Notes under the pieces: model-generated
What the model was told of the DNA's origin: nothing
The model's database searches: none
What the model saw: only the letters and a program-made list of their open reading frames with translations
Position numbers and translations under genes: made by a program
Part shown: positions 39,525-52,700 of the stretch, one piece after another
Layout: every line of letters starts with the position of its first letter
Position numbering within the stretch: position 1 is the first letter of the stretch
Origin: Octopus vulgaris
Taxonomy: Eukaryota
Length of the DNA stretch: 64,000 nucleotides
Assembly (NCBI GenBank): GCA_951406725.2
Contig: OX597815.1
Location: 50,840,001-50,904,000 of the forward strand
Direction: 5' to 3'

Positions 39525-42500
39525 TATATACATACATATATATATATATAGGTATGTGTGTGTATATGTACACACTTTATGTATATAGATATCTATATCG
39601 CATTCCTGAGTTTAAATCTCACCAGGGTCAACTGTGTATTTTATCTCTTATTTATATTACCCTGTTTTAAGTTTATCTCTTCATGCTAGCATTGTGGAAA
39701 GGCTTTTGTTACATTAATTGTTATAGCTAGATGCCTTTGCCTGCATTTCCCACCACTCATCTGTACAGGAGCAGAGCTTCTTCCTAGTGATAAACTGAGT
39801 GTGGTGAGGGGTGGGTAGACAATATAGTAGATGTAGGGAAATTTAAACATGCGACGATGTGGTTGGCAGTCCAGCCACCTTAACCTCACTGGCTTTGTAC
39901 CCAAAAAGTCAATAAAATAAATATAATTATTGCATTGAAGTTGAGTCAATCAACTATTCTCCTTCACTTTATGAAAAATATGTTTCACCAAAAAATCAAT
40001 ATCTCCATGATAGATGCTGTAATACAAAGTAGATAACATTGTATGAGATCGGTAATTTATATAAACAGTAAGTAGAAAAACACAGGATAAATTTAATAAC
40101 TTCTCAAATCCATTTTAGATTTTAAAAGATACTAAACATAAATGAAATGAAACTTTTTAGGCACAAGCTATGCTATAGTAACAATGTTATAGTGTTAAAC
40201 TTATGTTCTTATACTGATATCAAATCTTACCATACTTTCTTTGCCTTTCATCATACATTTTCACTCTCTTCAGCTATTATAAACATCATTAACTTTACTT
40301 CTATTTTCAGTGCTGACATAAGTTGTATAAGGTCTGTAATACATGACTTATCTCTATCATTTGCAGCTCCAACAAAGTATCTATCTGTTAAAAACAATGC
40401 TGTTGGTGGTAGTTTTAGTTATGTTGTATGTATTTCATGAGGTTTTTGGCATAGTTTTTTATTGCTGGATAGCCTCCCATCATTAATCTATACAATGGGG
40501 TGAACCAGCTGTATTTATCTTAACACAAACCCAAGAGAAGTTATCAACAACGTATTGGCATGAAACACTGCAACAAAGTGGACTAGATGAATTAATCAGA
40601 AAAGAAGTTGTCCTTTCCCAACCCCAACTCCTTAATTCACAATAGAATACATATCAATAATATATCAGTCTTGCCTATTCTAACTTCTGTGTCAATATTT
40701 AAAAATCGTTTGTTTCTGATTTGTTTGTTTTTTTTTTCTTTCATTTGTTTTTAGTTTCTTTGAAACAAAAGAAAATTACCTGGTTTAATGTTTATCAAAG
40801 ACAGTTACTTATGTCGAATTTATGCTTGTAACAGTCATCATTCAAATCAGATTTTGAGATCTTAAATTGTTCTATCATTTTTTCTCCAATTCATGGTGTA
40901 CTTTTCTTAATTTTTGGGCATTATCTTAAACTCAAATTAAATTACATAATAATTCACCTGCTTCCAAGCTATTCTAACAATTTCAGAATTTCTTGTAGAT
41001 AACTTAGTAACCAATATTTACAACTTCTTTTCTACTTTTTCCTCTTTTTTTTTTTTTTGCACTTCTGTCAACACATTCCTAATTGATTTCCCTTTTTATT
41101 TGGTATATTTATTAATTCATTTCAGCACATTATAAGTACGAAAGCAATTACTTGATTTTTAACTAAATCTTTCTCAAAGCAAAGAAAATTTCTCACATAT
41201 ATTAACTACTCAAGCTCACTTCTATTAATAAATACTTCTTTTATTGTTATTTTTAATAAAATGATATATACACACACGCATGTGATTGCCTAAACAAAAT
41301 GAAACATCTGGAGAAGGTACCACTCCAAAATTTAAAACCCACATAACCCACAAATCTGATAGGCTGATAATAGGCCAGCATGATTTCTAGCTTGAAACAG
41401 AAAGCATTGATCAATGAATATCTGCCTGAGGTATTTGTGCAGCATCAAAATGATGATGACAACAATGATAACTTTAGTATCAAATTTTCCTAACAGTGTT
41501 TCTAAACATTTTAATTTTATATAAAACTTACATAAAACCTAGAGTACTTCTAAATCATGCAGCCTCCTTAATAGGTCAGTTGATTAATTCTTAAATAAAT
41601 TAATAAACTTAGTAGTTTTAAACTAGTTTGGTAATGTACAATGGATTTCCATCAGTACCAAGGACTGCCACCAAATACTCAAATGTACAATGCTATCAAC
41701 CTATCTTGAATTAAACTACAATCCTAAGAAATTATTATCTAAGATGCTACTTAGAGATCCTCCCTGCAATGACAAATATACTGAGAAAAAAAATTTTTTT
41801 GAAAATTAAAATATCTGTTTATTTGAAATACTGTCTTAATATGTATATTCTATAACTTTGAATTATAATCTTTACATACAAAGGAACAAAAAGCATAGTG
41901 GATATATTTAAAGAGTGGAACATGTTTTCAATTAATTCTATCATTCGATACCACTTTTATTATTCATTTAGTACAGTAATAGAAAAAGTTACTTGAATTT
42001 AAAACAATAACCTTATAACTTTGAATGAAATTATTAAATAATTACTTGTCACGATTTGCTTTTGGAGAATAAATGAATTTAAATCATGCCTTGTGTAAAT
42101 TTTATCATATTCTCATAAAATATCAAAATTATTAGTTTCTAATTTGAAAATTCTATAAAATTTGTCATTGTTTAAAAAATTATTTAGAACTAATAATAAA
42201 AATCTGTACTTTTTATTGAATATTTTGTTTTTCTTTAAATCTACTAAATGTTTTCAGTGATTAAAGTTTAATGTACTTCTTCAAAAAGGGATCTTTTTTA
42301 AATATTGAACCTAAACAAAAAAAGGAAAAGGTGTGGATTCTTGTATGATTGTTTCAGGCAAAATGATAAGTTCTTATGTGTAATTCCTAAAGCCTAAGAG
42401 TTGTAGAGTTAAGGTGAATGAATGGAAGCTAGAACATTCATGCATTTATCAGTCACTTGTCTTATGAATAATACATACATATGTGTAACAGATTGTTAAT

Positions 42501-42584
42501 GAAAGTAGTTACCTTACTGCATTGTGGACTCAATATATGTATATACATAAATTCATATATCTATATATGTTTGTGTGTATATGC

Positions 42585-42628
<44 letters not shown>

Positions 42629-43169
42629 TCCACAGCTTGATGAGGTGGCTATGTTGCTTAATTTATTTGAAAATTTTCTTAGTTCTGAAAATAAGGATGT
42701 AGTACAGCATATTAACATTCATTTATACGAACATAATCAGTTTTATCATAGCAGAATAATATTTTACATAGATAATGACTTCTGTTTCATTCATTAGGGT
42801 TATTCAAAACATTTGTTATGTACATTGTTCTTCCAGTACATTCCCCAATAATTTTGGTAACATACTAACACTAGAAAGGCAAAGGGAAGTGAACCGTTAT
42901 TTTGTTGTGGACATTTTGCATTTATCTCCTTCTAGATCACATCCACTTTTTGGTGTAGATGAAAATAATGAATAACAACTCTCAAAGCAGAAGTGATGAC
43001 AAGTATTATAAAGAATATAGTTTTCAAAAACGTTCTTTTTTGAAACTGTATCTGACCACTTCAATAATCAAATGCTTCATTAAAGAAATGCAATTTCAAA
43101 AGAAGTTAAGGAATTATATATTTCATAGTTACGAAAAACCATTGAATTTCCACAAGTACACCCAGCTTA

Positions 43170-43390
43170 TATCAACATCATCATCAGCTAACATCTATTT
43201 TCCATGCTGGCATGAGTTGGATGGCTTGGCAGGATCTGATGGATCTAAGGACTGCCTTATGCTCCAGTGTCTGCTTTGACATGGATTCTGTAACTGGATG
43301 CCTTTCAAAATGTCAACCACTTTACCATGTGCAATGGCTGCTGTTTTTATACCACCAGCACTAGTGAGAGTGCCATGCAACTTGCAAGAC
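43170..43390 (-). mobile_element. Older inverted copy of the (GAT)n-tailed retroposon
   Basis: catcatcatc...ttttccatgctggcatgagttggatgg...ctggatgcctt...caaccact is the reverse complement of the 3' end of 49424-49784. Confidence 0.7.
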
Positions 43391-44782
43391 TAGGCAGTTT
43401 TATGCCAGAAAATGGTATGGGCTAAAGTATGAGAGAAGAGGCCAGAACAAAACATGTTTCTTGAAATAGAGGAGTTACATGGCTACACAATTTTAGAAGA
43501 GAGGAGCTGTTTGGAAAATATATAAATAGTGGTGTTGTGGTGACTGAATACACCCTCAAAGTATAAGGTGGAAATGGGTATGTAGAGGTTGCAAGAGTAA
43601 GACATGGGTAATGGGTGAAGTATTGAATATAATGAATGAAGAACAAGTGTTCAAAGATGATAAATTGGCAAGGTAGGGAAGAGTAGGTGACAACTGTAGA
43701 GATTGGATAGGGGTGAGGAGTTGATGTAGCCAATAATGGATAATGGAGGGTAGGGTAATGTATGTGGGTGAAGAGCAGCAGAAACAATTCCCTTCATACA
43801 TGAAATTAAGACTGTACTCTTATTACTCTTTAGAATTTTATACAAAACTCAGGTTGAGAATATTTTTGCTGCACATTTCAGTAAATATTTACATTCCTCA
43901 ATCAATTAAATTTCATCTTTTTTATTACCTTTTTCTTTTTTTACTCTTTTGTCTCTTGCTAAATATCAAGAAACGACTTGGGGTGATTTTCTTTAGTGTG
44001 AAAGTGTCTCAGCCCTCTTTTGCATAATCTCCACTCCATTTAGTGTTGACACTGAACTTTGATGAGGTCATTCTTGGCTCTTTGTTTTCTTCAGCATTTA
44101 TTTGGAACTCTAAACCAGATACAATATTTGTTAGCATTTCTTTCTATTGAGGTTTTACAAATTAATTCTATTTTTTTCATTTTTTTGTTATATTCTTCCT
44201 TTTTAATTTTAATATTTCTAGAAGTTTTTTTGTTTTGTTTTTAATAGAGTTTTCTTGTTTTATAAAATCAATAACTTAGTCAATATAAAACTATGACTGA
44301 TATTCATTCTATTCATAATTGCAAGGTATTAAGAAAAATAACTTGAAAGAAATATTACCCTATTTTTAATATCTTTTTTTACTCTTTTATTTGAAAATTA
44401 TAGATTCTATCATTAATATAAAATAAAATATGCTAAGTTTTATTTCATTTTTGCTCATATACACACACAAACACATAGTCACAAACACATATGCATCCTT
44501 ATGCTCCAGTTTGTGTCTAAATTTTATACAAAATACGAATAAAAACAAACAAAATTTCATGATTGTGCCATTTTCTAGATAAACTTAATGTACATGGTTA
44601 TGATTTGGCATGAAAGCTATAATTAATAATGTTTAAAATACTTATAATCTACCTACTTCAACATATAAATTACCACTTACTTTTCTCTATGTAAATTTGT
44701 CAGGACTAAAAATTTGTATAAGAATTGCATTTTATACTGTTGATATTTTATCGTTTCTACATTCAATATTTCTTTATTTCAG

Positions 44783-44809
44783 GATCAACTGAGTACCATA
44801 GGCGAAAAC
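44783..44809 (+). CDS. Candidate 27-nt phase 0-0 microexon of the BNC gene, encoding DQLSTIGEN
   Basis: Acceptor tttctttatttcag| and consensus donor |gtaagt (44810-44815). Length is a multiple of 3, there is no stop codon, and it is in frame with the phase-0 end of the upstream exon. No homology or transcript support is visible. Confidence 0.5.
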
Positions 44810-45538
44810 GTAAGTTCATCCAAACTAGTCCAAAAGTTTGCATATATAATACATTAAAATATAAAACTTTATATCAAGTTTATCTAGAATTGATAGGTTG
44901 TTTGGGATTAAAATAAGTTGGTTTCTTTTTTTTTTTAAGAGAAATTACCTTTATATATGATCTAGAGCATTCAGCATCTTTATTAAGATATAAACATGTG
45001 TGCATGTGTTGAGTGTATATTTATATGTATACATATATGTGTATATACGTATGAGTATGTATATAATATATGTATATGTGTGTGTGTCTATATATATATG
45101 GGTGGTGGGATATACATATACATATCTTCAAATGCTACTTTTGATATAGCATTTTATTTCATAGTATTTTACCCTTCAGCAAACCTGAAATATAGATACC
45201 ACTAATTGCCCTTCACCGTCACTGTTTAGCAGTCTGGCTTTAGGTAAAACAATAAACAGGAATAATATTCAATCCAACAATGTATACACAAATAAACTTT
45301 TTTTGTTGTTATTAGCCAACCTTACCTACCTTGAAAAAGCAGCTATGCAGTGTGTATGTGCATGTATGCACATCTACATGAATGTATGTGTGGGTTTTTT
45401 TTTAATGGGAATTTCATGAATTGAAATAGTGTTTTTTTATTTTGGATTTTTTTTTGTAGCTAGTATATTGTTTTAACCATTAATTCTTGTAACAATATTT
45501 CTCTAGAAAAAATAACTTCAAACAATTTGTACTTTTAC

Positions 45539-45592
<54 letters not shown>

Positions 45593-46245
45593 TTGTGTGT
45601 ATGTGTGTATGTATATGTATATAAACATTTTTGTATTTACATTTTGAAATTTTATCCTAAGAAAACAAATACTTGGATTTCTTAAGGAGTCGTTAATATT
45701 TACTAAACCATTCTTTTTTGTAATTTACCCCATCACTAGCCTGTTATTGTTGTTGTTATTGTTGTTATTATTATTATTATTATTATTATTCCCCTTTATC
45801 TTGATCACTATGTATTAAAAACTATTATTAAAAAGCAATGATGTTACTTTTAACAACCAATATAATTGTTACCAATTTTTCCAATTTTTTCCTACTCCCC
45901 ACCCCACCAAAAAAATTAAACAAAATCATTTTTTTTTTCACTTTTAAACTACAAAAGCTGAAGAATGTAACTTCCTTATAATTTACACACATATGTAATT
46001 ATATATTTTTATGTATATATATATATATGTATATTTCTGCATACACACACACACACACATTTAGTATTTATACTTTCAGAATTTTTTTCTGAGTGGCTAA
46101 ACATGTGTATATATCTATATATGAACTTAAATGCATACAGACATTGTTTGCTTTGGTGTGCTTCATCCAAAAAGTTAAATATTAATTTGAAGGGTTATTC
46201 AATATCTTTCAATTGAGTAACATATATGCTTTATTTTTTATACTT

Positions 46246-46284
<39 letters not shown>

Positions 46285-46479
46285 GCGTGTGTGTGTGTGT
46301 ATACTTATTAAAGCCCAGTCTGATGACTGAAACAAAAGGATAAAAAAGTAAGATACACACACATACAGACACACATATATATAAATACACTTATATATAT
46401 GTATATACATAAGTATTTTTCTTTATACACACACACATATATGTAAGTGTGTGTATGTATATATATATATATGTGTGTG

Positions 46480-46604
46480 TGATGCATGACTTCTAAATCA
46501 AACTTTTTGAGGTTCATTCTCAATGTGTGACACTTAAGGCAAGAGTTTTCTACTATAGCCCCAGACCAACACAACCCTTGTCAGTAGATCTGCTGGGTGG
46601 AACC

Positions 46605-46638
<34 letters not shown>

Positions 46639-46760
46639 TGTGTGTGTGTGCATATGTGCTGTTGTGGTTGTATTTCCTAGTTTTAGTCTTAAATTCGTGA
46701 GGTTGTAAATGTGTAACATTGTCATACAAATCTTCATGTTGGTCATGGGGAAATATTATC
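46480..46760 (+). mobile_element. Degraded SINE with a family A-like head
   Basis: ggcaagagttttctactatagccccagaccaac...cttgtcagtagat followed by (TG)n; the 3' half is divergent. Confidence 0.55.
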
Positions 46761-47778
46761 TAGCACATACATGCACACATGCACATGTGCCACAGTGATG
46801 CATTGAACATAGCAATTCTACTCTAAAATGAACTGTTTTCAGTACTCACTTTTAGAGGAAATAGTGCTAAGTAACAATCTGCTACTGTGTCTGTGCGTGT
46901 GTGTGTGTATATGTGATTAATATTCAAAATATCCATTTGTAATAAAACCCAATATATATATATATATTATATTATATGTATTAATATACACATATAACTA
47001 TATATATATATAGTTATATGTAATAAATTATGTATGTATACACAACATATATGTATATATATATATATGTGTGTGTGTGTATGTATATATATATATGAAC
47101 GTTTGTGACATTTTTATTATATCTTTACATATGCATACTCTATGTAACATATGCATACACCACAGTTCAGGGAAATAAGCTCACCCAAAGGCTCCAAGTC
47201 CACTAAAGGTGACATTCTAATACCAACACTAGGAGATTTAGGTAGGCCTGGCTCCCTTCTAGTGTCAGGAACCAATGGGCTGAAACACTTGCTTGACAGA
47301 GTTCTTCCTTTGAAGATTTGTTCTGCTGTCCACTCACCCTATAGCAAGTTTCCATTTGCTTTTCAATATTATATATGACTACGTGTGTGTGTGTGTGTGT
47401 GTGTACAAAGAGAGAGAGAGAGAGAGGCAGATAGACAGACAGGGAGATGGAGGCAGAGAGAATTTATATGTATGTTAACCTGTGATATGGTACTTATTTC
47501 AAATATACATATGTAGTATATATTATCTGTATGTACATATGTATGTGTTCATGTGTATTTTTTAACTCATGGTACAATACTTATTTGAAATTTAGCAACC
47601 AATGTATTTTTGCTATTGTTTCTAAATTTCTCATTCTTGTTACATTTGTATTTTTTATAAACTACAAATTAAAACACCAATAATCATATTAAATTCTACC
47701 AACTTAGTACAAAATTTGCTACTTTGTCTCATCACTTATGAACTGGTCTTTTCAAATGTAATTTCTCCACAACAATTA

Positions 47779-48931
47779 TATGGTTGAGAATTTCATTAAA
47801 TCAATGAGTTACCATTTTTTTTATTCTGGTAACATAAAAAATCTGGACTTCTGGAGCTAATGAACTCTTTGAATGCACTTTCAGCATCAGTTAGATTTTT
47901 GAACTCGCAGGAAACCATCAAGGTGCTTGAAAAAGTGGTAGTTGGTAGGAGAAAGGTCTGGGGAATAAGCTAGGTAGAGAAGAACTTCATAGCCAAATTC
48001 CCTCAACTTCTGAAACATCATTAGTGAAACGTGTAGTTGAGCATTATCATGAAGAATGATTGACTCTCTCCTGTTAACCAGTCTGTGACAGAGGAGTAGC
48101 AGTTTTTCATTCATTTTGGCAATATGTTTCTCCTATAATGGTTGTTCTGGGTTTTAAGAAGTTACAGTGGATGAGTCCAGCAATACACCACCAAACAGTC
48201 ACCATAACCTTCTTTTTGATGAGCTCAGGTTTAGGGAAGGTTTTCGGTGCTTCATTTTGGTCCAGCCACTGCAAAGAACGTTTTTTATTATTGTACAGAA
48301 TCCACTTTTTATTGCAAGTTACAATACAGTCAAGAAATGGATCAGTCTGTTTACAGAAAAGAAGCGACAAGCAAATTTCATATCTGCACATTTTCTGATT
48401 TTCATTCAAATTGTGTGATACCCATTTGTCGAGCCTTTTTGATTTTCTGATCCCCTGCAAATGATTGCAGGCAGATTTCTGGCTAACTTGAAGTTCTTTT
48501 GACACTTCTCAAGTGGTTTTATGTGGATCTTTCTCAATGACAGTCTTTAATTGACCGTCATCAATGACAGCTGTGCATCCACTACACTCATGATCTTCAA
48601 GGCACAAGTTTCCACTGCGAAATTGTTTAAACCATTTTCGAGCTGACCACTCACTGGTCATTTCCACACTAAACGTTTCATTGATATCGCAAGCAGTTTC
48701 AGCTGCTTTATGCCCTTTTTTGAAATTAAATAGCAAAATTGCTCAAATATTGTGCTTTGACAGTTCCATTTCAGATGATTGTAACAACAGTGAAGAAAAT
48801 ATCAATGTTAATTTATTGATGCATTTGGACAAGTCTGTATTATCAGTCAATAGCAAAAAACTTCAAAACTGCAAAAATCCAGTAAAAATTCTTCGTTATT
48901 CAAAACCTTTCTTACTTTTTACTCAACCTGA
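47779..48931 (-). mobile_element. Decayed mariner (Tc1/mariner, Hsmar1/cecropia-like) DNA transposon
   Basis: 5' TIR reads ta-tcaggttgagtaaaaagtaag on the minus strand, with TA at 48932-48933. A partial opposite TIR tatatggttgag lies at 47777-47788. Transposase motifs span the interval. Confidence 0.9.
47800..48769 (-). pseudogene. Mariner DD34D transposase pseudogene
   Basis: ATG at 48769: MELSKHNI*AILLFNFKKGHKAAETA...WFKQFRSG...WVSHNL...IVTCNKKWILY...KKVMVTVWW...HDNAQLH...YSPDLSPTNYHFFKHLDGFL...AFKEFISSRSPDFY. In-frame stops, frameshifts, first and third catalytic Asp changed to Asn, and a C-terminal deletion. Confidence 0.9.
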
Positions 48932-48978
48932 TATATATAGAAGGTAGAAAAGTAACACACGAGTCGATATGTAAAAGG

Positions 48979-49381
48979 GAAAATAAGACAAGGTAGAAAA
49001 TGCTAAAATAAAAGTGAAATGTTTATAAATATTTTCAGTCTTCAAATATTCTGTGTGTGTGTGTGTGTGTGTCTCTCTCTCTTCCTTTGTGAATGTTAGG
49101 TAGGTAGTTTGTAGTAAATCTGAAGGAATCCTTCAGATTTACTACTACCTACCTACCAAGCATTCACAAAGGAAGAGAGAGACAGACTGTTTGAAGTCTA
49201 TGGAAATATTTACTTATTTGAAGACTATGAAAATATTTACGAAACATTTCACTGAATTTCTTTTCTCCAATTTGTTTTTCTTATTTTACTCTTAGTTGAA
49301 AAAGTCTAAAGGAAAGAAACCAGTACCTAAATGAACTTCATGATAAAATTACTTTAGCATTTTCTACCTTGTCTTATTTTC
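48979..49381. repeat. Fold-back palindromic element centred at 49128
   Basis: Perfect 17-bp inner arms gtagtaaatctgaagga-a-tccttcagatttactac. Perfect 29-bp outer arms at 48979-49007 and 49353-49381. Paired middle blocks (ctctcttcctttgtgaatg / cattcacaaaggaagagag; agtgaaatgttt / aaacatttcact). Confidence 0.9.
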
Positions 49382-49423
49382 GTTATGTATGTGCGTGTAT
49401 ATATATATATAAATATATATATA

Positions 49424-49784
49424 TCGATGAACATCAATGGAATTTGTAGTTTTGTGGTACCAGTGCCGGTGGCACATAAGAAAACCATCCGAACGTGGCC
49501 GTAGCCAGTACCGCATCGACTGGCCTCCGTGCTAGTGGCATGTAAAAAACACCATCCGAGCGTGGCCGTTTGCCAGCCTCGTCTGGCACCTGTGTCCGTG
49601 GCACATAAAAAGCACCCACTACACTCACAGAGTGGTTGGCGTTAGGAAGGGCATCCAGCTGTAGAAACACTGCCAGATCTGACTGGCCTGGTGCAGCCTT
49701 TGGGCTTCCCAGACCCCAGTTGAACCGTCCAACCCATGCTAGCATGGAAAGCGGACGTTAAACGATGATGATGATGATGATGAT
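49424..49784 (+). mobile_element. Young, 5'-truncated retroposon (SINE or LINE 3' end) with (GAT)n tail
   Basis: GC- and CpG-rich island ending ggcatccagctgtagaaac...ccaacccatgctagcatggaaagcggacgttaaac(gat)n. Internal direct repeat accatccga.cgtggccgt. Inserted within (TA)n. Confidence 0.8.
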
Positions 49785-52700
49785 ATATATATACATCTAT
49801 GTTATGATATGAAGGTATGTTTATGTTTTGGAGTAAAAAATCTTTAACTTAAATAAAGAACTCAATACCAAGTTAAGCTATAGTACAGAGTAAGATATTC
49901 ATTATAACTGGATGCTATGTTGATAAATGTTAAACATGATTTCATTAGCACCAGTGCATTTGAGCATCAGTAATTCATTCCAGTTTTATTTTTAAACTTC
50001 AACCAATTTGTTCACTTCTTCCTTCATTTCTTCCCTCAGCTATTTCTTTTGAATCCAGAATCTTAATTCATTTATTTATTTACTTATTTAATGTTAGAAT
50101 TTTTTTATTTATTTATTTATTTTTGATCTTACTCATGCTGACTTCTGGCTGTGAAGAGATCAACATCTCTGGTGCTGGAACCTGCTTTTCTGTCTACATA
50201 TCTCAATCAGAATTTCTACTACATAATTGTTGTCTGGCCATTTTTAAAATCACTTCAATGAATGCTAAATGCCAAATATATCCAATTCAAATGCAAGCCA
50301 ACATGAAGTTAAAATAATTCTACTTCATCAGTCTTCTCCCCATACCTTAGTGTCCTCTCTATCTAATTATGTTTATCAATGCAACTTACTTGTTTGACCC
50401 ATTTTCTCTCTCTCCTTTCTCTCCCTCTCTCATGTGCACACATTCACTCACACACACAATCTTTCTATTTCTTTCTCTCAACTTTCTTATATTTTTATTA
50501 CACTTTTTTTTAAAAATAAAAAATGTATCTAACAAACAAAAGATGTGAACTGAAATGGCTCTCAGAATACGGAGATTAAGGTTTGATTAATTTCTTTGAA
50601 TTCAGAAATTCATATTCTTTTATAACAAGTACAAAAATATCTTCTGAGAAAATACATCTTTGTTGTTAAAATCCTTCCTTGATGGATTTCTTTCTCTATA
50701 TTTTGAAGAATGGTCACATTAACATCATATATGTATCTATTATGCAAAATATGGCAATCATAGTTTTTATATGATGCAGCTTTTTATCTTTTTTGACTTC
50801 CAGTACTTTATTAAGAATCCTTTTCATATACATACACTTGAGACAACTTTACTCCCTATTTAGATGTATTGATTCATTTTTCTCTTTTTTGTCTCTCTTT
50901 CATTTTTCCTCTTTTCTTTTTGGCATTGAAAATGTTGTCATTCATGTACGATAGATGTTTTATATAATACTTTTTAACTATGTATGTCACAATCATTATT
51001 TTTTACTATTTTATATTCACAATATTTATTGATTATTGATAGATATTGTTAATAAATAAATTGTTAATATTCAAGGAAGAATATCATTTTTTTATGTTCC
51101 AATTCTCACTAAAATTGAGAAGATCTATTCATCTTTATATAAGTCTTGTCACAAATTGAATATTAACAGCCTCCATAAACTACACGTATATTATCTTGTT
51201 TTAGATCTTCTGTCTTGTCCAGTAACTTTTCTGAGACAATGGCTGTTGTTTCTTTTGGGCTTTTTTAAAACTAGGATTAAAATATTTTTCTCTTTTCTTT
51301 TTTTTCAAGAAGAATTTGACAAAGATCTTGAGCCTCCTCACATTTTCACATTAAGCTTAGAAAAAAAATATAACATCTCCACTATTAGTTGTTTCACCAA
51401 CTAGATGGTTAAACAATTCTGACCTCTGGATATATTGGATTATAATACACAATAGCATAATCCTGCAACTTTTTCTCTGAAATACAAGATTTAAAAGACA
51501 AATATTTCAAGAAGCTATCAATATCACTCATTAAAGTTCATTAGCCTCAGTGAAATTGGTTGAATTTTTAAATAATTATAAATGATAAATTAGAAACATG
51601 AATTAAACAAAACACTGGTAAATGATACAATATGAATTGTGAATTATGAAATGTGGTACACAAGTTCACTTGATTTTTTCAGCTGAAATTTGGAAAAGTG
51701 CATTTGAAAATACAATGTACTGGACCATTTCTATTGTTACCAAAGCATTTCTGTTGCTGATTTTGCTTTAAAAGAACTGTGATAAACATGCACTTGAATT
51801 ACATAATTTAGTTTTCATATTCTTATAGACAGTCCAATCCCTTTGTCCCATGTGAGTAGTTGTGCATAAATATATGTGTGTGGTTTTGTGTAAAGTAAAC
51901 ACACACACACATATATATATATGTACACACACACGCACACATACATACATATAAAGCTATACTACTCTAATACAAATTCAAATGCAGACATGCTTTTTCA
52001 GATTATGATTTTTCAGATCTAACCTCTAATTTTTTTATTATATGCTTTCCACTTTATATTATCTTCACTGCTAGTGAACCCGCCTAATCTTTATGATAAA
52101 ATGTTTGAAAAGTAACAAAAAAGCTCTCTCTTTGAAAGTAGAACAGACATTTTTTTTAATGTTGTAAAACATTTTTCAGTTTCATTCTGGGAAAGCTCAG
52201 CAAACATCAAATAAACTTCCTATCAGATATTGCATGAAAGAAGCTTTAAATCAGAAATTTACAAATATATTTTTACTCTTGCCATATCCCATAAGTTAAT
52301 AAACCAAATAATTGATGCTTAGCGCTTCACCATAAAAAAATAAATATATATAAAACATATACACATGTCTGTTAAGCTTTTACTGTTGATAATCCTTCTA
52401 GGAGGACAGTTACTTTCTTTCACATAGATAAGGTACTTTAACTTGTCTCACAGGATATTTGTTTTCATTCTTTGTTCAGATTAGCACAGATATAATTTAT
52501 TTACTTCTTTTTCTTTTCTTTTTTCATTTTTTTTTTGTTGAGAAAGCAAAGAAAAAATCCATTGCATCGTACAGCAATGGTGAGACATATAGATCAACAT
52601 AGAAGTGAGGCAGACTTAGATGGAAATATCAACTCCCTGATAGACAATCAATCAGTCCAATAGGCTGGAACACGCATGCACACATTTGTTTGTTTGCTTC

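Noticed and set aside
46990-47021. 32-bp perfect palindrome acatataac(ta)n gttatatgt
   Set aside because: Largely explained by the self-complementary TA microsatellite context.
49218-49250. Functional hammerhead ribozyme (ttgaaga...gaaac)
   Set aside because: The core lacks the invariant C of CUGANGA, and I cannot build convincing stems II and III; at most a relic.
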